From Methanopyrus kandleri AV19 (lineage in GTDB: Archaea; JAADCQ01; Methanopyri; Methanopyrales; Methanopyraceae), in the NCBI RefSeq assembly GCF_000007185.1, contig NC_003551.1, positions 270,001 to 302,000 on the forward strand: a DNA stretch of 32,000 bases, read 5' to 3'. Numbering within the stretch: position 1 is the first letter of the stretch; each line of letters begins with the position of its first letter. Positions 10,247-19,371 of the stretch are shown piece after piece. The position numbers and the translations under genes are program-made. The notes beneath the pieces are model-generated. The model made no database searches. It saw only the letters and a program-made list of their open reading frames with translations, and was not told the DNA's origin.

Positions 10247-10542
10247 TGAGGGGTGGGCTGATCGTGGCGAACGGCGGCGGACAGAATGGTAGTACACCTC
10301 AATCGCGTGGACAGGCACGGGTGATGAACGTCGGGGCTCGCGAGCATCACATCGACGGAAACACTGTGAAGTTCTTCGGGATCGAGCGGTGGGACGGTCA
10401 TGCTCCCGAAGTGCCAGTTCCTGTCGTGGCGGCATTCACCGCGCCGGGCGGGTCGGTAGATAACGTCGAGGAAGTCGGGAAGGAGGTACTGTCTAAAGGC
10501 CAACGGTATCCCCGGTCCACCGCCCGCGCCCTCGGGTATTAA
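10247..10542 (+). CDS. Small hypothetical protein (GTG start at about 10247; the track ORF starts at 10165)
   Basis: ORF with ARVMNVGAREHHIDGNTVKFFGIERWDGHAPEV; no family recognised, GC-rich so could be chance. Confidence 0.35.
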
Positions 10543-10560
10543 CGGCCCGAAGATCGACTG

Positions 10561-11142
10561 TTATCCGCGACAGAAGTCCAGGTGCATCTTAGAGGGTGAC
10601 GGTCTCTCGTCCCCGTGGTATTTACCACTGGACTCCGCGTAGGTACGCTCCGCGGGGCTGGAGAGTCTGTGGAACACTATCTGCACCACCCGCATGCCGG
10701 GCCGCAGCTTGACGGGCATGGGGTTGAAGTTAACCAGTTCTAGCGTCAGCCGCCCACGCCATCCCGGATCCACGTATCCGGCCTCCACGTGGGCCTGTAT
10801 TCCGAGCCTGCCCAACGACGAGCGTCCGTGAAGGACCCCAGTTATGTCCGGTGCGTTGATCTCGATCCACTCGTGCGTGACGGCCAGCACGAGCTCGCCC
10901 GGGTTGATCACGAACTCCTCATCTTCGTCGATCACTATCCGCTCCGTGTTCTCACCGGCGTCGACCGTTGGATCTATGCAGGGCTTATGGAGTGTTTTGA
11001 ACACCACGAACTCGTTGCCTAAGCGCAGATCCAGACTGGCCGGTCCGAGGGCCTCCTCGAGGTACTCCTCCTCGAGGGGCTTCACGACGATATCGCCCTC
11101 TTCCAATGCCCGTTTGATATCTCGGTCCGAAAGTACCGTCAA
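10561..11142 (-). CDS. dcd: dCTP deaminase (start set at TTG 11142)
   Basis: TVLSDRDIKRALEEGDIVVKPL, GPASLDLRLGNEF, GRSSLGRLGIQAHVEAGYVDPGWRGRLTLEL. Confidence 0.93.
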   Translation of the reverse strand: MTVLSDRDIKRALEEGDIVVKPLEEEYLEEALGPASLDLRLGNEFVVFKTLHKPCIDPTVDAGENTERIVIDEDEEFVINPGELVLAVTHEWIEINAPDITGVLHGRSSLGRLGIQAHVEAGYVDPGWRGRLTLELVNFNPMPVKLRPGMRVVQIVFHRLSSPAERTYAESSGKYHGDERPSPSKMHLDFCRG

Positions 11143-11157
11143 GGGGAGACCCCCAGG

Positions 11158-12030
11158 TTGGACCTGCGGATCGCACACGTTTCGGACCTCCATCTCGACG
11201 AATCCCGGGACAAGTCCGTACTGGAGGCGGCGATCGAGCGTGTCAAGGAACTTCATCCCGACGTCGTGGTGGTGTCCGGTGATATCGTGAAGGGGTGGCG
11301 TCCGAGACATTACGGTGAGACCGAGCGAATATTCCGGGCCCTGGATGTTGGCAAGCTACTGGCGGTCGTACCGGACAACCACGACGAGATGCGTGGGGGT
11401 GAGGTGGTTTTCAGGAAACACCCGTATTTTAGGAGAAAGTACAGGGAGTTCACCGTGAAAAGCCCCTCGTTCGGGGAGCTGTTGATGTACCCCATAATCC
11501 TAGAGGGAGACGGACTCTGCGTGATCGCGCTCGACTCCACCGAAGCGGACCGCAGTGACGGGGAGGTAGGGCTGGACCAGCTGCTCAGAGCCGAGGAGCT
11601 GATACGCGAGATCGAGCCGGAGTTCATCGTGCTCACGATGCATCACCACGTGACACCGTTCCCGGGCTTGATCGACGTGTCGACGGTCCTCGACGCCGGT
11701 AACCTCAGGGAGTTCTGCGTGGCCAACGGTGTGGACCTGGTGCTGGTGGGTCACAAACACATCCCTCGGGTCGACTACTTCGCCTCCAAAGAAGGAGGTT
11801 GTGCCGTCTCGCACGCGGGCACGCTGTGCCCGGAGGTCGCCCGTTATGTACCGCCGGCGTTCAACGTGGTGGACGTCGAGCGGGGGGAGGTAGTGGTGCA
11901 GGTCCTTGAGTACCGAGAAGGCGAGTTCAGCGAACCGAAGCTGATGGGACGTTTCAGGATCGAGGGGGAACATCTGCGTCCGGTAGAACTCGGGTACGAC
12001 CCATCCAAAGCTTGGATGAGGGGCTACTGA
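11158..12030 (+). CDS. Calcineurin-like metallophosphoesterase
   Basis: RIAHVSDLHLDES, VVVVSGDIV, VVPDNHDEM, TMHHHVTPF, LVLVGHKHIPR. Confidence 0.88.
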   Translation: MDLRIAHVSDLHLDESRDKSVLEAAIERVKELHPDVVVVSGDIVKGWRPRHYGETERIFRALDVGKLLAVVPDNHDEMRGGEVVFRKHPYFRRKYREFTVKSPSFGELLMYPIILEGDGLCVIALDSTEADRSDGEVGLDQLLRAEELIREIEPEFIVLTMHHHVTPFPGLIDVSTVLDAGNLREFCVANGVDLVLVGHKHIPRVDYFASKEGGCAVSHAGTLCPEVARYVPPAFNVVDVERGEVVVQVLEYREGEFSEPKLMGRFRIEGEHLRPVELGYDPSKAWMRGY

Positions 12031-12554
12031 ACTTTAATCTCGCGTTCCTTGAGGTCGACCCAACCTCCGACCCTCGCGGCGGCCTCCACCATGGCCTTCA
12101 CTTCGCGCGGTGGGATCCCCGTTTCCTCACCGATCTCACGACACTCGTCGAACTCCGCCTTCACCGTGACTACCTCCCCCTCCTCGGTCTCCGCGATCTT
12201 GACGCTGACCCTCCATTCACGCTCACCGTACACCACCCGAACGTCCTCGAACCTGGAGGGTACGGAGTACACCCCGTCGGCGTCGAACCTGTCGACGCCC
12301 GTGGACCCGGTTAACACCATGATATCACGGGCGACGTCCTCCGCCACCCGGTCGGGATCCTCACCACCGTCCACTAAAACCACCAGGACGTGTCCGGGCC
12401 GGTTCTTCTTCGTCACACACGGGACCGCGTGACACGCGAGTACTTCCTCGCGCTCGATCAGCTTTTGAATCGCGTCGCCCAGCACCTCGCCGTCCCGATC
12501 GTCCAATACCGTAACCAGGAACATCAAGTGTGAAGGCTCGTAGTCCAACCCCAT
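12024..12554 (-). CDS. Stand-alone protein resembling the C-terminal domain of LarC (DUF111)
   Basis: VLDDRDGEVLGDAIQKLIEREEVLACHAVPCVTKKNRPGHVLVVLVD ... VYGEREWRVSVKIAETEEGEVVTVKAEFDECREIGEETGIPPREVKAMV. Confidence 0.7.
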   Translation of the reverse strand: MGLDYEPSHLMFLVTVLDDRDGEVLGDAIQKLIEREEVLACHAVPCVTKKNRPGHVLVVLVDGGEDPDRVAEDVARDIMVLTGSTGVDRFDADGVYSVPSRFEDVRVVYGEREWRVSVKIAETEEGEVVTVKAEFDECREIGEETGIPPREVKAMVEAAARVGGWVDLKEREIKVQ

Positions 12555-12581
12555 TCAGGTGACCCCCGGGAGGATATCGTC

Positions 12582-13844
12582 ATGGACGAGTACCTCCGGT
12601 TCCTACAGATGCTGGTGTTATCGGCCGCGGTAGGGATGGTAGTGGGACTCGAGCGCGAGCACGCTCACATCGCGCGTCGGATCGCGGGCTTCAGGACGTT
12701 CACTTTAATCGGTGTGCTCGGAGGACTCACCGCGTACTTCTACGAGTTGGGATGCGTCCCCATAGCCACGGTGACGTCGGTGGGAGCCGCCGCGCTGGCC
12801 GTGACGATGTACGTCATGCGGGTGTACCAGCGTCGATTGTTGGGTATAGTCACACCGTTGGCGCTGCTGGCCACGTTCGCCGCGGGCGCGTTGGTCGGAA
12901 TGGAGAGGTTCAAGGAAGGGGCCACTCTAGCGATCGCGACGGCCGTAGTACTCCTCTCCCGGGCGAGGATCCATCCCGTCCTGAGGAGGTTGTCCGACAG
13001 GGACGTGTTGGACGCCCTAACGGTGTTCTCGCTGGCCGCACTGGTCTATCCGCTCTGCCCACCCGGTCCCGTGGACCCTTGGGGCGTTCTGAACCTGAGG
13101 AGGGTGTTGGAGATCGTCCTGCTGGTGCTCGCGGTGACGGCACTCGGGTACCTGGGAGTTCGGATGTCCGTCAGGGGAGGGGTACTGACGACGTCCTTGG
13201 TCGGGGGTTTCGTCAGCAGCTCCGCCACCACCGCGACCGTCGTGGCGAGGTTCAGAGAGCTTCCTTGGGTGCCCGCCGCCGTGGTGCCCGCCGCGACCTC
13301 CGTCGCGATCATACGCAACATGATCCTGGTCGCCGCCGTCTCGAGGAACCTAGCCGTGGTGAAGAAGGTGGCTTGCGTAGCGATCCCCGCGGCCATAGCC
13401 GGGTTCGCTGTCGCCGTCTACGAGTCGGGTCGCGCGGAAGTCGACGAGGAGGATCTCCGACGGGTCGTTCGAGGTCGGATGCGGTCTCCCCTCTCCCTGA
13501 AACCCGCGGTGAAGCTAGGTCTCCTCATCTCGGGATTCTCGATGACCCTGAAGATAGGACAGCTGTTCGCGGGGAAAGCCGGTCTGGTCGTCGGTGCCGT
13601 AGTCGGTTCGTTAGCCAGCAGCAACGCGATGAGCCTGAGCCTCGCCTATATGGTGAATTCAGGTACCCTCTCCTCCTCGACCGCGGGCATACTGATCGCA
13701 CTGTCCTCGCTGGAATCCATACTCGTGAAGTACCTATGGACGGCCGTGTTCGGTAAGAGGGAGGTCCTCGAGCGAACGTGGCGTACGCTCCTACCACCCA
13801 CGATCGCGGGGATAGCGGGGTTCGGGGTAGTGCTCGCGGGTTAG
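12582..13844 (+). CDS. MgtC/SapB + DUF4010 family membrane protein
   Basis: LSAAVGMVVGLEREHAHIARRIAGFRTFTLIGVLGGLTAYF; about 12 hydrophobic segments; VGGFVSSSATTATVVARFRE. Confidence 0.85.
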   Translation: MDEYLRFLQMLVLSAAVGMVVGLEREHAHIARRIAGFRTFTLIGVLGGLTAYFYELGCVPIATVTSVGAAALAVTMYVMRVYQRRLLGIVTPLALLATFAAGALVGMERFKEGATLAIATAVVLLSRARIHPVLRRLSDRDVLDALTVFSLAALVYPLCPPGPVDPWGVLNLRRVLEIVLLVLAVTALGYLGVRMSVRGGVLTTSLVGGFVSSSATTATVVARFRELPWVPAAVVPAATSVAIIRNMILVAAVSRNLAVVKKVACVAIPAAIAGFAVAVYESGRAEVDEEDLRRVVRGRMRSPLSLKPAVKLGLLISGFSMTLKIGQLFAGKAGLVVGAVVGSLASSNAMSLSLAYMVNSGTLSSSTAGILIALSSLESILVKYLWTAVFGKREVLERTWRTLLPPTIAGIAGFGVVLAG

Positions 13845-15190
13845 GTCAGCTTCTTCAACTTGGCCACGAAGAACCCGGTAGTACCGTGGACGTGCGGCCA
13901 CATCCGACCAGCTTCCAAACTCGACGAGACTCCGTCGACCCGTAAGGGCGGGTGTAAGAACTCGAACTCCGAGCGGACGTCTACGGGACGCAAGCGATCC
14001 CGCTTGATCGCCTCGGACACGACGAGCTCGTTCTCCTCGGGCGTGATAGTGCAGGTCGAGTACACAAGCACACCTCCCGGTTTGAGCAGTCGGGCCGCCG
14101 CGCGGATGAGCTGACGCTGCTTCAGTGCCAACTCTCGGATGTCTCGGGGTCCGATCTTCCACTTGACGTCGGGGTCGCTCCGGAGCGTTCCGAGGCTGGA
14201 GCACGGAGGGTCCAACAGCACCCGGTCGAACTTACCCACGTACCGCGGGTTCCTACCCAACCTGCGGACGTCCGCGCGCAGGACCTCGATGTTCTCGAAC
14301 ACCATCCGTTCCGCGAACCGTTCCAGCCTACGGAGTCGTACCCTGCTGACGTCGACGGCGAGGATCTCCGCTTCATCCTCCGTCAGCTGGGCTATGTGCG
14401 TGGTCTTACCGCCGGGTGCGGCACACAGGTCGGCGATCCTCTCCCCGGGTTGCGGGTTCAGTATCTCGGTCACCAGCGCCGCCGCCTCGTCCTGAGGTAC
14501 GATGTGTCCTTCCCGCCAGCACTCCAGCTCCTCCAGTCGCAGCGGTTGCCCCTTCTTCACCCGGATGCAGTAGTCGACGTACTCCCCGCGCTCCACCTCG
14601 AAGCCGTGCTCTTCGAACTCGCGGAGGACGTCCTCGACGTCCGCCGCGGTCGTGTTCACGCGGAACGTGTAGTACTCCGGCGGCTCGTTGTGTACCTCCA
14701 TGAGCTCCTTGAGTTCGTCCTCGTCGAGGAGGGCACCGAACTTCTCGACGAACCACCGTGGGTGGTGGTATTCGAGGCACAGCCGGTCGATCTCGTCCTC
14801 CGGCTCCGGCCGCTCGTACTCCTCCAGGTCCGCGACGACCCCGTGGACGCGGCGGTGGTTCAGTCCGAGCTCCTTGGCCGCCCGGGTCGCGGAGTCCGTC
14901 ACCGGTGCCGGGTGTTTACCCTCGTAGAGGACCTCGTTCGCGGCTACCATCACGAGGGCGCGCTCCAACGGTGGGAGCTCGGACCTCGAGACGTCCTCGA
15001 CCACGCGCTCGAGCGTCCCGTAGCGGCGGAGTACGTCGTACACCATGCTCCGCGTCACGGACTGCGTCTTGTCGTCGTACTCGGACAGCGTCTTCCTGAG
15101 AACGTACTGGATGGGGTACGACTTAGTCCTCATGACCTCGATCAGCGACTTCGCCGCCAGCGCGTAACACCGCGCCCAGAACTCCGTCAA
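13841..15190 (-). CDS. NusB-domain + NOL1/NOP2/Sun (RsmB/Fmu) RNA cytosine-C5 methyltransferase
   Basis: RIADLCAAPGGKTTHIAQL, DRVLLDPPCSSLGTLRSDPDVKW, GGVLVYSTCTITPEENE; helical NusB-like N-terminus. Confidence 0.92.
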   Translation of the reverse strand: MTEFWARCYALAAKSLIEVMRTKSYPIQYVLRKTLSEYDDKTQSVTRSMVYDVLRRYGTLERVVEDVSRSELPPLERALVMVAANEVLYEGKHPAPVTDSATRAAKELGLNHRRVHGVVADLEEYERPEPEDEIDRLCLEYHHPRWFVEKFGALLDEDELKELMEVHNEPPEYYTFRVNTTAADVEDVLREFEEHGFEVERGEYVDYCIRVKKGQPLRLEELECWREGHIVPQDEAAALVTEILNPQPGERIADLCAAPGGKTTHIAQLTEDEAEILAVDVSRVRLRRLERFAERMVFENIEVLRADVRRLGRNPRYVGKFDRVLLDPPCSSLGTLRSDPDVKWKIGPRDIRELALKQRQLIRAAARLLKPGGVLVYSTCTITPEENELVVSEAIKRDRLRPVDVRSEFEFLHPPLRVDGVSSSLEAGRMWPHVHGTTGFFVAKLKKLT

Positions 15191-15196
15191 CTCCCG

Positions 15197-15634
15197 TCAC
15201 CCCCGGACCACGATCGTGTTTCCGCCCCTCCTCTTCGCCTCCCGGAGCGCCTCGAGGGCACGACGGACCGCCGGCGACTCGGCCTCCCGGAACGAGCGGC
15301 GGTCGCTGGGCGCCGGACCCACGCCCACACCGAGGCTGATCGTGACCTCGCCTTTGAACTCTCTTTCGAAACGTCTACGTATCCGTTCACATTCTTCGAG
15401 TATTTCGTCTAAGAACGCGTCACCGCCTGGGATCTCGACGACGAACTCCTCGGTACCGCGCTCCCGGTCCGGTCCCTTGACGGCCACGGCGCCCGGAAAC
15501 TTCGTCAGAAACCGCTCAACCAGCTCCGTGAGAAGGCCTGTGGCGGGGTTAGGAGAGTACTCCGGCCAACCCCTCTCCTCGACCACCTCCCCGAACCGGT
15601 CCAGGTCGCCCGCCACGGCCACGCTCCTCAGCAC
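15197..15634 (-). CDS. Small stand-alone palm/nucleotidyl-cyclase-fold protein (GGDEF-like, motif GTEEF); GTG start 15634 overlapping serA stop
   Basis: [23 protein letters not shown] ... RERGTEEFVVEIPG ... GEVTISLGVGVG ... AVRRALEALREAKRRGGNTIVV; the order of motifs matches GGDEF domains. Confidence 0.65.
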   Translation of the reverse strand: MLRSVAVAGDLDRFGEVVEERGWPEYSPNPATGLLTELVERFLTKFPGAVAVKGPDRERGTEEFVVEIPGGDAFLDEILEECERIRRRFEREFKGEVTISLGVGVGPAPSDRRSFREAESPAVRRALEALREAKRRGGNTIVVRG

Positions 15635-17202
15635 CTGACCAGCTCCACCCGGCGGACCGGTTCGACCTCGTCGATGGCCCGCAGGCACTCCTCGGGCGGC
15701 TCCTCGTCCATCCGTATGACCATGATCGCCTCGCCGCCGCGCTCCCGGCGTCCTACCTCCATCGCGGCCACGTTCACGCGGTGCTCGCCCAGGATTATCC
15801 CGACCTCCCCGATGACCCCCGGCCTGTCCACGTGCCACACGAAGAGCGTCGGACCGCTGAGCTTGAACCGTACCTCGTACCCGTTCACCGACGTCAGGTA
15901 CACCCGATCCTCGACCAGCTCGCCCCTGAGCGAGATCTCGTCCTCGTCCGAGCGGACGACCACCTCCACCTCTCCTCCCTCGAGCTCGTCCGAGACCGTG
16001 AACTCGAACTCGATCCCCCTCCGCTCGGCGACGTCTACAGCGTTGACCATGGTGACGGGCTCCGTCAACACTCGGTCCAGACACCCTTTCAGGACGGCCC
16101 GCTTCAGCGCCTCCTTTTCACGGTCCTCGAGCTCACCACCCACCTTAACCTGTACCCACCTCAGGCGCTCCTCGAGTACCTGGGCGGCGGCGTCGGCCAG
16201 CCTTTCACCGACCTCCATCAGCTCCCTCACGTCGTCCGGCACACCGGCCAACGGCAGGTTGACCACGTTCTCCGGGATCTCGCCCTTCAACACCCTCTCG
16301 ATCTCGCGGGCTACGATCAGACCCGCGGCCCGCTGCGCCTCGCCGGTCGAACCGCCGATGTGCGGCGTGAGGACCACGTTATCCAGCTCGTACAGCGGGT
16401 GGTCCTCACCGGGTGGCTCCTCGGCGAACACGTCGAGGGCGGCGCCCGCGATCCAGCCCTCCTTCAGCGCCTTGATCAGCGCCTCCTCGTCCACGATCTT
16501 ACCGCGCGCGCAGTTGACCAGGAACGCCGAGCTCTTCATCCGCTTCAGCTCCTCCTCGCCGATCATCCCCTCCGTCTCCTCGGTCAGGGGCACGTGGATC
16601 GAGACGACGTCAGCGCGCTCCAGCAGCTCCTCGAGCTCGTCGACGAGCTCCACCCCGAGCTCCTCCGCCACCTTCTCCGGTATGTACGGGTCGTACGCTG
16701 TCACCTCCATCTCGAACGCCTTCGCACGCTTGGCCACCTGCTGACCTATCCTACCCAGTCCTATGAGACCCAACGTCTTTCCGGCCAGCTCGACGCCCAT
16801 GAACCGCTTCCTGTCCCACTCCCCGCGGCGCACCGACCTGTCCGCCTGCGGTATCTTTCGGGCCAACGCCAGGATGAGACCCATCGTGTGCTCGGCTACC
16901 GAGATCGAGCTCGACTCGGGCGCGTTGACGACGATGATACCGCGTTCCGTCGCGGCCTTCACGTCGATGTTGTCGACGCCCACACCCGCCCGGGCGATGA
17001 CCTTGAGATTCTTAGCCTCCTCGATCAGCTCCCTCGTCACCCGCGTCCCGCTCCTCACCACCCAGGCGTCCGCGTCCCGCACGTGCTCACGGATCTCCTC
17101 CTCGTCGGCGTCCTCCAGCACGACGACCTCTCCGAGCTCCTCGAGCTTCCTCAGCGCGTCCTCGTGGATAGGGTCCGTAACCAGAATCTTGGCCACGGAG
17201 AC
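15628..17202 (-). CDS. serA: D-3-phosphoglycerate dehydrogenase (start GTG at 17202 or 17196)
   Basis: [63 protein letters not shown]-terminal ACT domain [28 protein letters not shown]. Confidence 0.97.
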   Translation of the reverse strand, partial: VSVAKILVTDPIHEDALRKLEELGEVVVLEDADEEEIREHVRDADAWVVRSGTRVTRELIEEAKNLKVIARAGVGVDNIDVKAATERGIIVVNAPESSSISVAEHTMGLILALARKIPQADRSVRRGEWDRKRFMGVELAGKTLGLIGLGRIGQQVAKRAKAFEMEVTAYDPYIPEKVAEELGVELVDELEELLERADVVSIHVPLTEETEGMIGEEELKRMKSSAFLVNCARGKIVDEEALIKALKEGWIAGAALDVFAEEPPGEDHPLYELDNVVLTPHIGGSTGEAQRAAGLIVAREIERVLKGEIPENVVNLPLAGVPDDVRELMEVGERLADAAAQVLEERLRWVQVKVGGELEDREKEALKRAVLKGCLDRVLTEPVTMVNAVDVAERRGIEFEFTVSDELEGGEVEVVVRSDEDEISLRGELVEDRVYLTSVNGYEVRFKLSGPTLFVWHVDRPGVIGEVGIILGEHRVNVAAMEVGRRERGGEAIMVIRMDEEPPEECLRAIDEVEPVRRVELVRC

Positions 17203-17325
17203 ACCCCCGGCCGGGCACGGATAGCCCCGAAAATATGTTGACTGGGTCTCCTCCGGGGCCGGCCCCGTCGCCCCGATGGTGCCAACGGGTCCGCCAAGGT
17301 CGACGTGAAGCACCTGACGAGGCGC

Positions 17326-18045
17326 TCACTGTACGTGTCTCAGCTTCCAGCGTTCTAATTCGAGTTTCACGTCGGGGATCTCGTGTTTCCCGTCGAGGGA
17401 TTTCCTACGGTGACGGATCACCTTCCTCAAGTGAGCGGAGTAATGCGCGGGCCAGCCTCCGAGGGTTCTGATCGCGAAGGATTCGAGTCGATCGGGGAGT
17501 TCCTCTAACACGTCCCGGATCCTGGGTGATTCGGAGGGTCGGGCGTCGAACGTCAGCGCGAGCCCTCGTGCGAGTACTCGCCTTGCCCTCTTGTATGGGA
17601 GGTCCGAAACCCCGGTCAGGAGGGTCTTGAGTACCGAGCGGAGGTTGCGCATCAAGTGCCGGGCGAGCTCGAGGACCTCGTTCCGGTCCAGGGAGACGAG
17701 CCATTCGACGAACCGAACACTCTCGTTCTCGGGTTTGCCCAGATAAAGGGTCCTACCGTGCTTGAACTTCGAGTCCCTCCGCCACCTCGCGACGTAGTAC
17801 GGACCGCAGGTACTCCCGCTCACCGTCCGGTAGGTCACCTCGAGGCTCGGCTTCCTCTTCCTCCGATGGACTTCCCTCAGGACTCGGAGTGCCCGAATCC
17901 TCTCGACCGGGTCGGAGGGTATCGGGACGTGCGACTCGATCAACCCCGGTACGCGATCCAGGGTAGTGGCCCCAGATTGTATGGAGGCAGGGGAAAGGCA
18001 GCCTTCCAGGATAAAAGTCTTGCCGTTCGGAAGTCGTGACGTCAA
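17326..18045 (-). CDS. Hypothetical basic protein with CGPYYVARWRRDSKFKHGRTLYLGK motif (DUF6788-like?)
   Basis: 239 aa; the TYRTVSGSTCGPYYVARWRR..GRTLYLGK segment resembles the small transposon/phage-associated 'PYYY..GK...YLGK' domain. Confidence 0.45.
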   Translation of the reverse strand: MTSRLPNGKTFILEGCLSPASIQSGATTLDRVPGLIESHVPIPSDPVERIRALRVLREVHRRKRKPSLEVTYRTVSGSTCGPYYVARWRRDSKFKHGRTLYLGKPENESVRFVEWLVSLDRNEVLELARHLMRNLRSVLKTLLTGVSDLPYKRARRVLARGLALTFDARPSESPRIRDVLEELPDRLESFAIRTLGGWPAHYSAHLRKVIRHRRKSLDGKHEIPDVKLELERWKLRHVQ

Positions 18046-18088
18046 TCAGCTCCCTGCTACCATACAAGGTGGCGGGAGGTCGGGGGTG

Positions 18089-19126
18089 CTAGGCGTCGTT
18101 TCGACGGCCCGCCAGCGGCACAGGTAGTAGTGGCAGTACCCAGAACGGGATCTTCGACGTCCCGCTCTCCCCATTCCTCTCCGGGAACAGGAACTCGACG
18201 TTCGGGTGCTCGCCCATCACTTTCTGGAGCTCCTTCTCGCTAGCACCCTGGCTGTACATCCCGATCACCTTCTCGACGAACCGTACCAGCGGATCGTCGT
18301 GTGATAGTTGGAAGCCTACCCAGAGGGGTTCCGCGCCGGAACGCGTGCGCAGTAAGTCCCCGGAGAACCCCTCGATCCCCTCACCTGGCGGCGTACCCCA
18401 CCTCGCCCTTAGCTCGCGCAGCTTCGAGACCAGCTCCGAGTCCGTACTCTCCCGACGGTCGACGAGGATCCTACCCTTCCTGAGGTCGAACGTCGCGTCG
18501 ATGACGAGCGCCAGGTCCTCGACCCCCTCCGGGAACCCCAGGATCCTCATGACCACCCGATCCGAGTACACCTCGTACTCGACGTCCACCGGATCGAACG
18601 ATCCCAAACCCTCCTCGTCGACCACCCGACCCCCGGCGCTCAAAGTGAGAACGTACTCGCACCGCGCCGGAGCCCCTAGCGCGGGGACGTTGGTGACGTA
18701 CCCGAAGCTACACACGTGGTCCCCGACCACGACGTCCAAGCCCAAGTTCGCCGAGGAACCCTCCGTCAACGGGCACTGGTTCACGCTCGCGATCACCGCC
18801 GGACCCTCCAAACGCTCCTCCACAGCGACGGGCCTCCCGCACGTCAGCGGGAGTACCACCCGAACGCGTCCCGGTTCGACCGACTCCTGCACCCTCGAGA
18901 ACGCGAACAGGTTCTCCTTGGGTAGGTAGATCACGTACCCCGCCGACTCCGAGTACTGCACGACGTCCACGATCACGTGTGGGTCGTCTTTCCACTTGGG
19001 TAGGACCCGTTTCTGGAAGTACTCGTGTAGGAATTCCAGGTCCTTCGAGAGGCTACCCTGGATTAACGGTTCTCCTGAGGCCGGGGTTAGTGCTAGAACT
19101 AGTCCTAGGACGAGGTAGGGGAGCAA
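18089..19126 (-). CDS. Secreted/anchored lineage-specific protein
   Basis: N-terminal signal MLPYLVLGLVLALTPASGEP; C-terminal hydrophobic stretch plus basic tail IPFWVLPLLPVPLAGRRNDA. Confidence 0.6.
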   Translation of the reverse strand: MLPYLVLGLVLALTPASGEPLIQGSLSKDLEFLHEYFQKRVLPKWKDDPHVIVDVVQYSESAGYVIYLPKENLFAFSRVQESVEPGRVRVVLPLTCGRPVAVEERLEGPAVIASVNQCPLTEGSSANLGLDVVVGDHVCSFGYVTNVPALGAPARCEYVLTLSAGGRVVDEEGLGSFDPVDVEYEVYSDRVVMRILGFPEGVEDLALVIDATFDLRKGRILVDRRESTDSELVSKLRELRARWGTPPGEGIEGFSGDLLRTRSGAEPLWVGFQLSHDDPLVRFVEKVIGMYSQGASEKELQKVMGEHPNVEFLFPERNGESGTSKIPFWVLPLLPVPLAGRRNDA

Positions 19127-19141
19127 TGCCTCCGACCCCCC

Positions 19142-19297
19142 TCAGGTTGGTAGTGGGATTAGACCGGCCAGTTGTACCGCGAGCGTGACGACCTGGGCTA
19201 ATATGCTCAGGAAGGTCCCCAGGGTCCCGAGGAGGGTCGGCTGTAGTACCGAGAGACCCGCGAGCGCGAGCCCCACGACCGCCCCGAGGATACGCAT
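19142..19297 (-). CDS. 51-aa hydrophobic peptide, not in the ORF track
   Basis: Own translation: MRILGAVVGLALAGLSVLQPTLLGTLGTFLSILAQVVTLAVQLAGLIPLPT*; sits between two secreted-protein genes on the same strand. Confidence 0.45.
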   Translation of the reverse strand: MRILGAVVGLALAGLSVLQPTLLGTLGTFLSILAQVVTLAVQLAGLIPLPT

Positions 19298-19371
19298 ACG
19301 ATTGGTCTCCTTGGACCGAGATTGTACCTGGGGAGGACAATGATATTGGAGGGAGACGAGTGTTCACGATT

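Noticed and set aside
9976-10503. 175 aa minus-strand ORF upstream of rgyA
   Set aside because: It overlaps the rgyA start and an opposite-strand ORF, has no recognisable motif and no consistent coding composition.
15674-17241. 356 aa and 486 aa plus-strand ORFs opposite serA
   Set aside because: They fully overlap serA with clear domain motifs; composition (Ser/Pro/Arg/Leu/His-rich) matches shadow ORFs.
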